From Entomortierella parvispora E1425 (taxonomy: Eukaryota > Fungi > Mortierellomycota): a stretch of DNA of 64,000 nucleotides. Both the position numbers and the translations under genes were made by a program. Each line of letters begins with the position of its first letter. Position 1 is the first letter of the stretch. The notes beneath the pieces are model-generated. The model did no database searches and was not told where the DNA came from. It saw only the letters and a list, made by a program, of their open reading frames with translations. Positions 37,135 to 49,300 of this stretch are shown here, one piece after another. The stretch is taken from contig BQFW01000006.1 in NCBI GenBank assembly GCA_020891255.1, positions 1,488,001-1,552,000 of the forward strand, in the 5' to 3' direction.

Positions 37135-37341
37135 TCAATGCCACGGTTGTCCCCTCGACATCCAATATTTATCCCTGGGGTCCATGTCATATTCTCCTTC
37201 GTCTATTTCATCTTCAGAGAAGTAAGAGTAATATCGATATTCTAGCCAGTTCTCCTTCATCCATGTCTGTTCTGCCTGGCCCGTGTTGAGATTCATCCTT
37301 TCGAGATCCAACCTTTGTAAGCACTTGAGGTTCTTCACCAC
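37135..37341 (-). pseudogene. Relic copy of the F-box/LRR C-terminus abutting the stop codon of the intact gene
   Basis: KNLKCLQRLDLERMNLNTGQAEQTWMKENW...RDKYWMSRG vs KDLKCLRRLTLEKMCLSTGPAEQTWMKENW...RDTFWTSRG; no 5' part or start. Confidence 0.75.
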
Positions 37342-39065
37342 CAGTCAAAAGTCGCAAGATCGTCCTGCGCCAGACCGTCGTCATCGGCAGAATATTTTTC
37401 ATTTTGCAGATCAGTGCCAACGAGGACAGAGTGGCCCCTGGATGTCCAAAAGGTATCCCTGGACTCTACTCCGTACTGCGGCCAGTTCTCCTTCATCCAT
37501 GTCTGCTCTGCAGGGCCCGTGCTGAGACACATCTTCTCAAGAGTCAACCGTCGCAAGCATTTGAGGTCCTTTAGTTCATCCAACCCATCCTGAAGAGACA
37601 TGGTCAGACACTGGTACTGTGACCCCAGCTCATACCCACTGTGTGAATAATACGCGCCCTCCATCTCTTGCTCATCCCAATGGGCCACATGATTCCCACC
37701 TTCAAAGTCTACCACGTCCTTTCCCAGTGTGATCTCTCGAAGCTTGGTAAGTCGTCCAAGCTGAGCCAAGACCTGACGTTGGATCCTGCTGCTCTCGGTC
37801 AAGGAATAATGGGAGCCGTTATTGTAGATCCCTGTGAGAGGTCGACCGTTTTTCTTGCAAGTGACATCCGGCCTCGGGACTCCTCCGATATAGCACTTGA
37901 AAGTCTCTAGACCAAGGCAAGCCCAACCCTCATCCGATTCAACGATATCCAAGGCCATCAGGGAATAGGGCTCCAGCTCGCCATGGACATAGTCTGAAAT
38001 CAAATCCAGTCGTTTGAGGTTAGGTGCCGAACATAGCAGCTTCTGGATCGATCGACTGTTGAGGGCGTCGCAGTTGGGGAGTCGAAGGTTTTCCAGAGTC
38101 GCACTGCTCGGCAGGATGGCCTCTACTGTGAGGGGCCCGATCTCGCCCTCCATGAGGTTCATAAATCCAAGGGTCTTCCAGCCCTTTGACGATTTTGATA
38201 TAATGTCGGCCAACTGTGAATCGCTCCAATGCCCACGGTATCCATCCACTGTAAACTCTTGCAGCTTTGGAGAGCGCTCTACCAAGGCTGCTATGAGGAT
38301 CGGATCTGCTGGCTCGCCTTCAATGGATAGTGTGGCCAAGTTTTCAAACATGTCTTGCTTCAGTTCTTGAAAGAGATTCAGCGCCTTGGTTTTCAATTCT
38401 TGATCTACGACCACTTCTGTGCCATGGTACAACTTGTCCGACGTCATGTGCAGCTCTTCCAAACTGGCGGGTAGACTTGACAATAAACGTGCTTGATCCT
38501 CAATCTGGAGCTTGCGGGTCAAAACACCAGCCATGACCGAAAACGAAGAAAGACGAGTCGATCGACCGAGGATCTGAAGGATGGCATCCATGTTTGTGGG
38601 TTCAGTGGCCTCGGGCAGCTGACCGTATCTAGTCAAGTGTTGCGGCTCTGGCTTTGGATCGCTCTCAAACTCAACACTGAGTTCCTTGAGTGGGATCGGC
38701 TCGAGTGGGGTAGGACCCTGCTCCCAGAACAGGTTCAGAGAGCTCGTGTATTGCACTTTTATGACGCGAATGCGGTGTATATTGCGGAGAAAGGGCGACT
38801 TTGTGGTCACGACCCCTTCTTTGCCAGGGACGATGAGATGAGGGCCATGGAGCGATTTGACACAGTCAAAGACGGGACGGTGGGAGCTGTAGTAATTGTC
38901 ATCCCTCAGTTCGACCGTATGCCAAAGACTGTCCATGAAAGCGTCGTGCCAGGCCCTGGTGACCCGGACACAGATAGATAAATCATGTCTGGAGAGCGAA
39001 GGGACGATCTGATTCAGGATCTCGGGAGGGAGTTCGAGTAAGGTCAAGACGCGCGTTCTTTCCAT
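37335..39065 (-). CDS. F-box protein with RNI-like/LRR body (single exon)
   Basis: LLELPPEILNQIVPSLSRHDLSICVRVTRAWHDAF F-box; LENLRL, LKRLDL, LGRLTKLREITLG and CLTMSLQDGLDELKDLKCLRRL repeats. Confidence 0.85.
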   Translation of the reverse strand: MERTRVLTLLELPPEILNQIVPSLSRHDLSICVRVTRAWHDAFMDSLWHTVELRDDNYYSSHRPVFDCVKSLHGPHLIVPGKEGVVTTKSPFLRNIHRIRVIKVQYTSSLNLFWEQGPTPLEPIPLKELSVEFESDPKPEPQHLTRYGQLPEATEPTNMDAILQILGRSTRLSSFSVMAGVLTRKLQIEDQARLLSSLPASLEELHMTSDKLYHGTEVVVDQELKTKALNLFQELKQDMFENLATLSIEGEPADPILIAALVERSPKLQEFTVDGYRGHWSDSQLADIISKSSKGWKTLGFMNLMEGEIGPLTVEAILPSSATLENLRLPNCDALNSRSIQKLLCSAPNLKRLDLISDYVHGELEPYSLMALDIVESDEGWACLGLETFKCYIGGVPRPDVTCKKNGRPLTGIYNNGSHYSLTESSRIQRQVLAQLGRLTKLREITLGKDVVDFEGGNHVAHWDEQEMEGAYYSHSGYELGSQYQCLTMSLQDGLDELKDLKCLRRLTLEKMCLSTGPAEQTWMKENWPQYGVESRDTFWTSRGHSVLVGTDLQNEKYSADDDGLAQDDLATFDWW

Positions 39066-39241
39066 GGGAGGCTTTTGTTGAGTTGAAGAGGAATGTGAAC
39101 GTAATGACTGGAATGAAATGTCAGGACAGAGATGGAAATGGTATGGCGAGATGGACATTCACTAGTCTGCTGAGCCCATCTCAGTAGTGGCAACGGCGTT
39201 TTATTGAGGGGGGAAGAGGAGGGTAGACCCTGCCACCAGGC

Positions 39242-39640
39242 TCATGTACTGCTTTTCATAGTACCCCTAGACGTCCAAAAGGTGTCCCTGGACTGTTTTC
39301 TTGGCCCTGCCAGTTTTTTTCCATCCATGTCTGCTCTGCTTCTCCTATCTCGACTCATCTTCTCAAGGGTCAGCCTTCGCAAGCATTTGAGGCTCCTCAG
39401 CTCATCCAGCCCATGTCGAAGAGACATGGTCAGGCATTGGGATTGAGGCCCCAATTGATACGCATCCATCCATAGATATTTTATATATCTCCATCTCCTC
39501 CTTATCCCGTCGACAATCATCCTTCTTGCTTTCAATGTAGGCCACGTCCTTTCCAAGAGTGATCTCTCGAAGCTTGGTGAGTCGACCAAGCCTGGCCAGG
39601 ACCTGACGTTGGATAGTGCTCACCGCACAGGTCGTTATTA
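39242..39640 (-). pseudogene. Frameshifted relic of the same F-box/LRR C-terminal region
   Basis: IQRQVLARLGRLTKLREITLGKDV, then after a frameshift QCLTMSLRHGLDELRSLKCLRRLTLEKM...SRDTFWTSRG. Confidence 0.8.
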
Positions 39641-39921
39641 GGGTGGATGACAACAATTTCGAAAGAATGTTCCCAAAGTCGTCGGGTTTCTGAAAGGGTC
39701 TTTCAGTGCCTGTGAGGACTGAGGGGATCTCGCAGCTTTGAAAAAAAAAAAAAAAAAAAAAAGCCTCTACACACAGAGGATAACACCGATATCGTCATGT
39801 TCAAGATTGAGGCTCGAACGAGCAATGAGAAAGGGCAACGTGCGGTACAATGATCTTTTTAAATAAAAAAAATCTTGACATGTATGACGGAGAAAGGGTA
39901 TAAAAGAAATCGAGGTAGCTC

Positions 39922-42487
39922 TTATGTCTTCATTTTCGTCTTGTCCATGACAATAAGCTCCACTCCATCTGTAACATCGTAATAAGAGATCTCACGCAGG
40001 TCGTCCGCCAGTTTCACAGTGACCTGTTCGGTATCCAAAATTAGGAGGGATGGTGCTCAGTCAGCTACAACAGGAACATTCAGAGCAATCTGATAAAAAC
40101 TCGGTCAAGAAAAAGTACCTTGACATCCACATAGTCGAGGTCGTTTGTCAAAAACACAATCTCCTGACGCAGTGAGGGGATCTTGAGCAACTTTTGAGCC
40201 AAGTTCTTCAGATTCTTGACAGTCATTGTGCCAAGAATGTTGCGCTGGACCGTGTTTTTGACTGGGCCGTCGACGTTATCCTTGGAGACCAAGGTGATGG
40301 CTAGAATACCGAGACAATTTCCAACAGAAACAAAAGCGTCAGCATATTTGGGAACGGCCTTTCAGAGTCTCAAGAAAGAAAGGCTATACGCGTACCAAGG
40401 AGTCGGTCCTTCAGGATATCACTGGTTGCCTTGCGGGATTCGTCACTGACATCAGGACGACCGTGAACTATTGCCCCAAGAAAATTGAATATAAATAACA
40501 AGAATCAGATATAAACTCAAAAAACACAGGTGCTCGGAATGTAGATATTACGATACCTTCACAAAGTTCCTCAAAACGTGGATGGGCTTTCTTGACATCC
40601 TCAGGTTTCATGCCAAGGGTGACAAGTGCCACATTCTTGAGATAGTAGAGTTCAGCATTGAACCTGTCCTTCTTTGTGACCTATAAATGTGCATTGACAG
40701 AGACGACGAGCCCACGATTAGTCATTGATAGGTTATCTTTGCGTGTACACCAGAAGCGAGCTTCAGCTGGCTTTACCTCTGTTCCATTGAGGTGCTGAAT
40801 ATGAGCCATGCGAGCAATGGTTGTTGTACGAGCCGACTCGTTATGACCACCGCCTTGTGCGTTCGACTCTGAATTCAAAATTGGGTTGTTTCCAAACCAA
40901 ACGTCAGTCAGAGAGTTGTATTTTCCCAAGCTGTCAATACTGGCCCAGTCTTGGACAAGATTGTCCGAAAGTCGAATAGACTTCAATGTCTTGAAATCAC
41001 TTGCGTCCTGAGGACCCTCGATTGTTGCAATCTTGTTTTCAGACAGGTCCAGAGACGTAAGTCTACGACGCAACCAAACATTGACGTGTTAATTAAATCA
41101 TGCGGGTACTTCTTTCCATATGATTTGAATAATCGTGGTGTAGTGCGTGTACCTGGGCAGATGGGATAGTCGCAGGATCTGGTTCCAATCGCTGAACAGA
41201 TTGCCTTCGAGATGCAAATCCTCGAGTTTGGCAAAACCACTCACTTTCTGAGTTGCAACAGGCACTGAACCATCGTTCTTTCCAAGATCTGCCAACATAT
41301 TGAAGCCGATCTGCAGCATTTCGAGGTTTGGGAAGGATGACTCTAACAACATGAACTAGAATTGAGAAATAACCGAGTGTTAATTAGACTGAACCGCAGT
41401 TGGAATGGCGAAGTTACAAAGCTTTTAGGGGCAAGTGATCGCTCTCAGTTTACCTGGTCCCACGTAAAGTATATGCGGTTTACTGCAAGACACCGGACAG
41501 TGGCAAAAGAGTGAGAGAGCAACGGAGGTTCGACCAAAGGTACAAATCGATTGCGGCTGGTAGAGTCGGCAAGACTTAAAGTTAGCAACTATCATCAGCT
41601 TTAGACAGGTTCTCGATGCAGCAGACAGCACCACTCACTTTATCCTCAAGATGTCAAGTTTCTTGAGAGGAGCGCAGATATTGGCGACATCCTGCCAAGT
41701 GGACACCAGTGAAGATGAGAGGTCGAGGTCCTCGATATCTAAAGGCCGCATGCCGCGAATTGGTTAACTATGAGCTCCCGACAATGTTTAAGCTTCTAAG
41801 CCGAGCTCTCTCCATACCTGGACAAGCAGCAAGAGTTTCGTCATAGTCTGCGGCAGTGGCAACATTCGTGTTGGCAAGCCCGATAACCTTCATGAGATGA
41901 AGTTTGCTGGATGGTTCGATTATACCAAAGAAAACAAACGTTAAGATAGCGTGCCATTGCTGAAACTCCAGCTGGCGGACGAAAAGAACAAGAAAATAGC
42001 ACCTACCGATTTCTTTCTTTGATGCGGTCAAAGTCATAGATATCGACCTTGATGTTGGACTCTCCTAGGAACAGGTCCTTGGCTGTCTTTTCATCGTCCA
42101 CGTAGCGCTCCTTCAAGATCTCGAGCAAACTTTGGCCAGCGTGGATCTTGTTTGAGAATCGAGTGAAGCTGCCCGTGCCAGGGAAGCTATGCAAGGACGG
42201 TCGGACAAAATGACATTGTTGTGAGCGTTTGTTTTCCATTCGTCAAGCAGGGTCGTGCTCGCGCTTGCTTACAGGCATTGAAAGTACTGGACGCCCTTGT
42301 TCTCGCCCGAGTGCTTGCCGCGCTGGACATCGTCCCACTCGACACCGATCCATTCGCCCGAGGTGCCGGGGACTGGCCCGAGAAATCGCACGGTGCCTCG
42401 GTAGCCCTCGGTTTCGATTCGCTGTCCAAGCACGAGCTGTGGCTGAGCGCGCGTGGAGGCCTCGGTCGTGGCCACGTCCGAGGTCAT
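39922..42487 (-). CDS. TBCE: Tubulin-folding cofactor E (CAP-Gly + LRR + UBL), multi-exon
   Basis: GTVRFLGPVPGTSGEWIGVEWDDVQRGKHSG CAP-Gly; GSFTR; LRRs (LEDLHLEGN, LDLSENKI, IRLSDNLV); AELYYLK-type exon; terminal LADDLREISYYDVTDG UBL. Confidence 0.92.
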
Positions 42488-42941
42488 GATGAATGGAATG
42501 GAATGAAAGGGAATGCAGGCGATAGCAATGAAAGTGAGGGTGAGAGTGAGAAGGAGAAAGGAGAAAGAAGAGAGGAGAGAGGTCGCTATGGTTCCAGAGA
42601 GGAAGAAAGGGATGAATGGAATGGAATGGAAGCAAAGAAGCAAAGAGAGAAGAGATGGAATCGCCCAAATGAGCCGATCAAGCCAGCCCTCCTTTTATCT
42701 GTGCTGTCTGTCTGTCTGTCTGCCTGTCACACAATGCATCAACGTAGACACACACAGACACACCGTCTGGCCCTGAAGGAGGTGAGCCCTACTTTGACTC
42801 CAGTGCAAATCGCTGCGCTCCTCTCCCCCTGTGAGTCTGATCAGTAGGTAGTCTACATGTATGTACATGTACTGTAATCAGTGTGCCATCGCACACAAGA
42901 AAAAGAGCCTCTTTTTCTCTCTCACTACCACAGTCCCCACT

Positions 42942-42992
42942 CTCACCTCGCACACCTCGCACACCCCGCACACCCCGCACACCTCGCACACG
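42942..42992. repeat. 9-bp minisatellite CACACC(T/C)CG, about 5.5 copies, in a divergent promoter
   Basis: ctcacctcg cacacctcg cacaccccg cacaccccg cacacctcg cacacg. Confidence 0.9.
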
Positions 42993-43321
42993 CTGTCAGT
43001 CAGTCCATGCAAACAAAAACGAACAAACAAACCCAAGCCCCGCTCTGTCCCTGTGTCTCCTCTCCTCTCCTCTCCATCTCCCTCCCACCGCCCTGGGAAT
43101 CAATGCTCGTCTCCCCGTTGGTCGTGCGCCAAGACAAATAAGGTGCTATAATACCTTCAACTGTCTTTTTCGACTCCACTTCTCTCTCCTCCTTCGCACT
43201 CCCTTCGGCCTATTGGTCGTCCCTCCGTCCTTCCCTCTTCTCCGCCTCCCTTTTTTCTTTCTCCCTTCTTCTCATCAACTGCATCAAACTCACTCCAATC
43301 TTCATTCTACCAGACTCTCTC

Positions 43322-45647
43322 ATGGACACCAAAAAGAGTCATCAACCCTCCGACCAATGGGACGCCAATCTCGAGCAAGAGGCCTTTGGCAACCAGGCTC
43401 CCTATGCCTCAGACTCAAAAGTCAAGCAAGACACTTATCCCGATAGCTCCATTAACGAGCAAGAGGCCTTTGGCAACCAAGCTCCTTACGCCGCTGGCTC
43501 CAGCACTCGTCTCGACGACCCTCGGGACTACCAGGACCTTCACAAGTACCGCGGAACTGCTGATGAAGAGGCACCGTACCTGGCGCACCCCTACCGACCA
43601 GACATGATGATTCCACAACATGCGATACAACCTACAGTGCCATCTTCAGCAACCGACCACCTCAAGGCTGAAAGCTGTACGTTCACGGCATAGACTCTCC
43701 GTCCCCCATTGCAAATACCTTGAGATTACTGTAATAACAACTTTCCTTGCTGCATCCTAGTTCCCTCCGAAGCGCCACCAATGTATAGCTCTGAACCTGC
43801 TGCGACGCCACTGGTCGCACACGCGGCTGTCGCGCCTTTGGCACCTCCCCAGCGATTGCAGTCGCCCCAAAGCGATACTCATTCGACTCTATTTCCTTTT
43901 CCACCGTCTGAGAATCACCCTCGAGCAATGAGATCATTGCCTTCGCTGCAACGGTCATCACAACATCAACATTCTACACCAACAGGAGACCAGCAGGCGG
44001 CTACTTCAATCCCTCTTGCAGCGCCGCCTCCAGGCTTGACAGACGACGCCAATGCACCTTACTCAGCACAGTCTCCCTTACAGCAACAACAGCTGCCATT
44101 CCCTTTCACATCCCAATCGTATGGCGCCGTCTCACCTCATGCATCATCTACCCCACATTGTAGTCGATCAATAAGGAGCCATGGCTCTAGCAGGAGCAGT
44201 ACTAGCAGTGATAGCAGTGATTCCGAGAACGACGAACTCCTTTCCGATAGACAACGCAAGAACAGATACCCCATCCGTTGCAAACACGGAAAGTCAAAAT
44301 GTTCAAAACGCATACTTTTCCTGGCCATGCTCGCTGGAACGTTGGTGTATTACATTTTTGGATGGGTAAGCCACGAATTAGGATAAAGGAGAGAAGAAGC
44401 TGGCAATGATCTATGTCCTATATTTCTCTAAGCCTGACCTTTCTTTTTTTCCTCTTCTTTTTCTTGGCCGCAGCTCATGGAGGACCCTTGTGAAACATCA
44501 AAAAGACTGGGAATAGAAGAAGAAATGTACGCTTTTCTTTACAGTGAAAACACGACCATTTCTCTTGGTATTCTGGATGGCATCGTACGTAAACATCCAA
44601 GTCTTGGCAGACAAAATGCCGCAAAAGTTGACTATCTGGATTGTGAATATTGACACTTTGTTACTAATACTCGCTCTGCTGCCAATACAAAAAAATAGCC
44701 CGGAAATATCTTGATCAAGGAACTTGACGACTGGGGAGAAGGCACGGTGTATGTCTACGTTTTCTCCACTTCAGCCGATCATAATGTGATTGACGACATC
44801 ATTTATGATTACAAGCTGCTCCCTTCCATGGACACAGTGCAATGGAACACACGTCTCCGGCCTGGCATGGAAGCATCGGAGAAACAGCTCGAGAGAATCA
44901 AAAAGACCTGTACCCGATCCAACATTGTCATCACCCTCCCAAAAGTCAACAAGGGTGTCCGAGCTCTGAACCTGTTCACTAGTCAAGGAGATATCGCGGT
45001 GCAGTGGAAAAACTTGCAGATTCTGTCCGACGAGGTCTCGCTTCATGCCGCAGATGGAAATATTATATTGGATGGCCTGAGCACTAAGAGAAAAACTGAC
45101 ATCGTCGTCTCAGGTGAAGGGTCTGTGAGTGGACTACTCAGCACAGCGGAAATAGCCAATATTTCGACCGATGTGGGACACATCGATCTTGAATTGGACA
45201 CGGACATTGGGCTGATCGAAGATTCCCGAAAGAACCTGGATATCAGTCTCTCTACCAAAACAAAAGGACATATCAACCTTGTACATGTGAGTGTCTCAAA
45301 GGACTCTCTGCCTCTCTCTTAACAAACCAATCCGTTGAATCGACCTCTCTTCTGACTGAAACTCTTCTTGTATGCAATAGACAAGAGACTACTCAGGACG
45401 CTTTGCGCTTAATTCAGGACTCGGCACCGCAATCCTAGTGTGTCCATTCAACAGCTCAATGCCTGTCTTCACCAAAAAGTCGAACGCCCATATAGAAGGA
45501 TGGATCACCGAGGATGGATCCATTCCACGAAAAGATACCCCAGTCGTGAAGGCATCAACCTACGAAGGGTCCATCAGCATGACCATCCTCGATAACTTTA
45601 TCCCAGGACACCGTGCTTTGGAGACACCAGCAGAGCCGAAAGACTGA
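43322..45647 (+). CDS. Type II membrane protein with disordered N-terminus, one TM helix and a DUF4097/adhesin-like beta-repeat C-terminal domain; multi-exon
   Basis: GTACGT..TAG intron joins the 43322 and 43781 ORFs (AESFPSEAPPMYS); TM ILFLAMLAGTLVYYIFGW; beta-strand repeats TSQGDIAV, AADGNIIL, TDVGHIDL, KTKGHINL, TYEGSISM. Confidence 0.75.
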
Positions 45648-46226
45648 ATGCAAAAATAAATTAATTTTCCCAAGTCCACTTGTGAGTTGAGATTGAAGGG
45701 TGTTTCATTCATTTCTACATACCTTTCAGCTACGTCTATGCTGCATTGATCGACCGACACCGATCTAGCCGCGACCTTGACCTGGAAGCCTCAGGCAAGT
45801 CTTTGACAAGCATCTTCCACTAAAAGCAGGAACCCTTATATTGAAAAATGGTGGCGCTCTCATCAGAACATGGTGTGAACACTGAGCGCCACTGATTCGG
45901 CGGGGAGGCCGCCTGCGGGCACATGCCTTAAAGTTGACTTTCTTTACAGCACTGGACTAAGAACTTCTTTTGATGGTCCATCTCGGCCACAAAGCTCTCA
46001 ATCTCGGATGGCCCAATCGCAAAAAGAGTTTCCCAAACTCTGTCAATCGTTTACTTCCTTTGGCAAGTGGTGCAGAACAAGAGGGCTTTTTGTTTCTTTC
46101 ATCCTCTCTCTTTTCTCCTGTCTCATCCATTCCACTTTTCCTCCTTCCACCTCCCTCTTCGCAACTCACATTGCCATTACCAGCAGAACAACACTTCGCA
46201 TCCCCTCCTGAAACTGCGCGTTACAA

Positions 46227-48265
46227 ATGGCATCCATCCAACCCACAGGTCCCTGTGTCATTATTGTCGGTGCAGGTTTAGCCGGACTCCTCCTCGGTGC
46301 CCTCCTCGAAAAAGCCGGCATCGAATATCACATCTTTGAGCGAGCTGCCAAAGTGAAGCCCCTGGGTATGACAATGCCTTCTCATCGCCCCGAATCGTCG
46401 AGTTCACATGACCGCACAACTCGCACCCCATCTCCACACAAACAAGCACCGGATCATCGAAAAGTGGCCTGCTCTAATCAAAGCGGAACCTCTTGTTTAT
46501 CATAGGAGGCGCAATGACTCTTGGACCCACCATCCTACCAGCTTTGGAACAATTGGGCTTGCTGGAAGAAATCGAAAGAATCTCCTTGCCTATCCAAGCA
46601 TTGAACGTCTTGGATGCAGACTTGAACCCTGTGGGCTCCGTTAAAATGCACAATCAGAAAGAGATGTGAGTTCCGGATTTTTTTACACCCATGCTCTTCG
46701 TGGCTGTTTTTTTTTTCGAACGTCCCCGTTTGTTGTACTGATTTTTTTTTTTTTTCCTTGTCCTACATTACAAAAAAAACGACTCAAAGTTCTGGTTTCG
46801 ACAATGTTATTTTTGCAAGACCCGAGTTTTATGAACTGATGTTGCGCCAAGTGCCAGCCTACCGACTGTACATGAACAAGCGCATTCTCCAAGTCAAGGA
46901 GATGGAGGACAAGGTCGTGATCCATTGCAGTGACAACACAGAGTACGACTGTGATATTTTGGTGGGCGCCGATGGAGCCTACAGTGCAACGAGACAGAAC
47001 ATTCAAAAGGAGATGGACGCTGTTGGCCTCCTGCCAAAATCGGACAAGGAGAACCTCGTTGCGGCGTCTCTTTGCATGGTTGGATCCACCGGTCCTTTGG
47101 ATCCCGAGAAATACCCAGTGCTGAAGGACTCGTTCGTCCAACATAGAAGTGTTCAAGGCGGAAATAGACAGGGGGTAAGAAACCCCGACCCTAGCCTGGC
47201 GGAAAAGTTCCCACGACCAGAGGAAAGACCTTGCCGTAGAACTGATTTTTTTTTTTTTACCTTGCTATGCTATCAAGTGGAATGTGTATAACATTCCAGG
47301 AAACAGGATGTGTTGGGCATATGTTGTGGGCTTTGAAGATCCGGAAGAGGCCAAGAGACAGCAGTTTGCAAACTCGGAGTGGGGTCCTGAATCGATCGAG
47401 CCGATGATCAAGCAGATATACGACAAGCCTTGTCCATACGGCGGTAAAATGGGAGATCTCATCGATGCTACGGAGAGGAGCATGATCTCCAAGGTCTTTT
47501 TGGAGCACAAGCACTTTGAGACTTGGTTCTACAAGAGAACTGTTCTTATTGGTGATGGTAAGAGGAACTCTCTTTGTCTACCTTTCAGCGACAATGAAAC
47601 CGTGCCGAGAGACACAACACTGACCAAGTTATACCGTTTGCTTGCTCTGTTTTTGATCTAGCCTGCCACAAGGTAACACGCCCTTTTGTGATTCGCTGGC
47701 CTAACGATAGAGCTTTGCCTCGCAATGGGCGACTCTAACCTCATTTCTCTACTATAGATGCTTCCCAGCGCGGGTTTGGGGGCTGTGTGCGCCATGCAAG
47801 GTAAACCTATATGGACAACCCCAATTTCCAATTCTGAATGTCAACATCCCATGTTTATTCACACATGTTGCCTCATTAGATGCTGTTATCTTGGCCAATT
47901 GCCTCTATGATCTCAAGAGCAACTCACAAGAGGACGTGACGGTTGCCTTTCAGAGTTACTATGACCAGCGGTACCCTCAGACAAAACTGGCGTACGATGC
48001 CAGTATGGCCAGAGCAAAGTTGATGAAGGGACAACGATGGCACGAAAAACTTACCCGACACGTCATCTTCAACTACGTACCGGACTCAGTCATGGAAGCA
48101 AAGGCGGCCAAGAGTCAAATGTATCGACCTCAGGCCTCCTTCTTGCCAACGGTACCCTTCCGTGGCACGGCCCCTGTCCTTCCCTTGATCCCTTCTGAAA
48201 GATATAAAAGAGAACAGGCAGCGAAGAGGGCGAGTCAACAGGTCCAGGCTGCTATCAGCGTGTAG
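46227..48265 (+). CDS. FAD-dependent monooxygenase (FAD_binding_3 / salicylate hydroxylase-like), multi-exon
   Basis: VIIVGAGLAGL, DILVGADGAYS, VLIGD(A)CHK MLPSAGLGAVCAMQDAVILAN motifs across exons. Confidence 0.92.
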
Positions 48266-48558
48266 TTGCACTTTGCCGATATCGCTGGCTCGTTCTGACA
48301 TGCCTCCAATTATCGCACTTTGATGACTTGGAGCGCGTTCGTTCGCGTCTTTATTCTTTTGTCCTCTTTTTTTTTTTTTTTTTGGTTCCTGAGAAATGAG
48401 CACGTGCGCTTGGTCACGTTGAAGGAATGGCGGCGCGGCGGCTCTCATCGACAAGTGCGAATGCACTTCGCCCTCATCTTGTTCATGGGAGTTTTGTCTT
48501 GGGTCCGCTAATTCATTGGTTTCATCTTCTTTGTCATCCTCATGAAATAAAAGCCCCT

Positions 48559-48930
48559 TCAATTTGCTTCAGGAGCAGTGGCTTCACTTTGCTGTGCTTC
48601 CCCTTGACCGTCTTCCCCGAGCACTATGATTGAAGAATATCAATAAAAACGACCCTTTTCTCTAGACTGGAAAGTACTCGATGAGGAAGAAGAGGGAAGG
48701 AGGAAGGGGGGAAGGGAGACAGCAACTCAGCCCAGGAAGGGGAAAAAAAGAAACATACCTGAGGCGATGGATTGCCCACTCATGATGGCAGCTTGCTGCT
48801 CGGGAGTTGGACAGTACAAACCAAATGTTTTCTTGACTTTCCAGTAGGCTGGCAACGCCCGCCTGGGCATGCTGAGATTCACCAACGTGAAGACCCTGTT
48901 TTCCGTACTAACTTGAATCATGAATCCCAT
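48559..48930 (-). CDS. Possible small spliced orphan gene or decayed gene
   Basis: CT-rich leader, ATG ORF ending at a CAG|GTATGT donor, polypyrimidine tract, two candidate AG acceptors giving 70-80 aa; no homology recognised. Confidence 0.3.
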
Positions 48931-49300
48931 AATGAAAGCCGATGTAAAAGCGAGGGTTGGAGGGGAAGGGAGATCGTAGAAAGTGAGGATTGAAGGAAGG
49001 AAAAGATGCGCTCTGTGATGGCACTTTTTTTCTTTTACTTCTTACTTGGCCATCGCCCCCGCGCCCTGCGTCTGGGCGAAAGTGGCTCGAATGTCCAATT
49101 GGACATTCCATTGCCACAGAACCTTGTTTCAGACACACGAGCTCTCTCCATTTCAGGCTAAGGACAGGGTCTCCACCAGCAACTGTTCTAATTCTCTCTT
49201 TTGTTTATTAAGTTCTTTCTTTCTTCGCCTTGTTCTTTCTTTCTTCGCCTTCTTTCATTGTCGTCCTATTCCTCCCCTTCCGTGCCGCGACCGCTCAAAA

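Noticed and set aside
42942-42992. CRISPR-like interpretation of tandem repeats here and elsewhere
   Set aside because: Eukaryotic DNA; repeats are contiguous with no unique spacers and no cas genes
45851-45892. 9-bp stem hairpin GTGGCGCTC/GAGCGCCAC containing CTGATGAG on the minus strand (hammerhead or C/D snoRNA idea)
   Set aside because: No stem II plus GAAA for a hammerhead; no terminal stem or convincing antisense rRNA guide for a snoRNA
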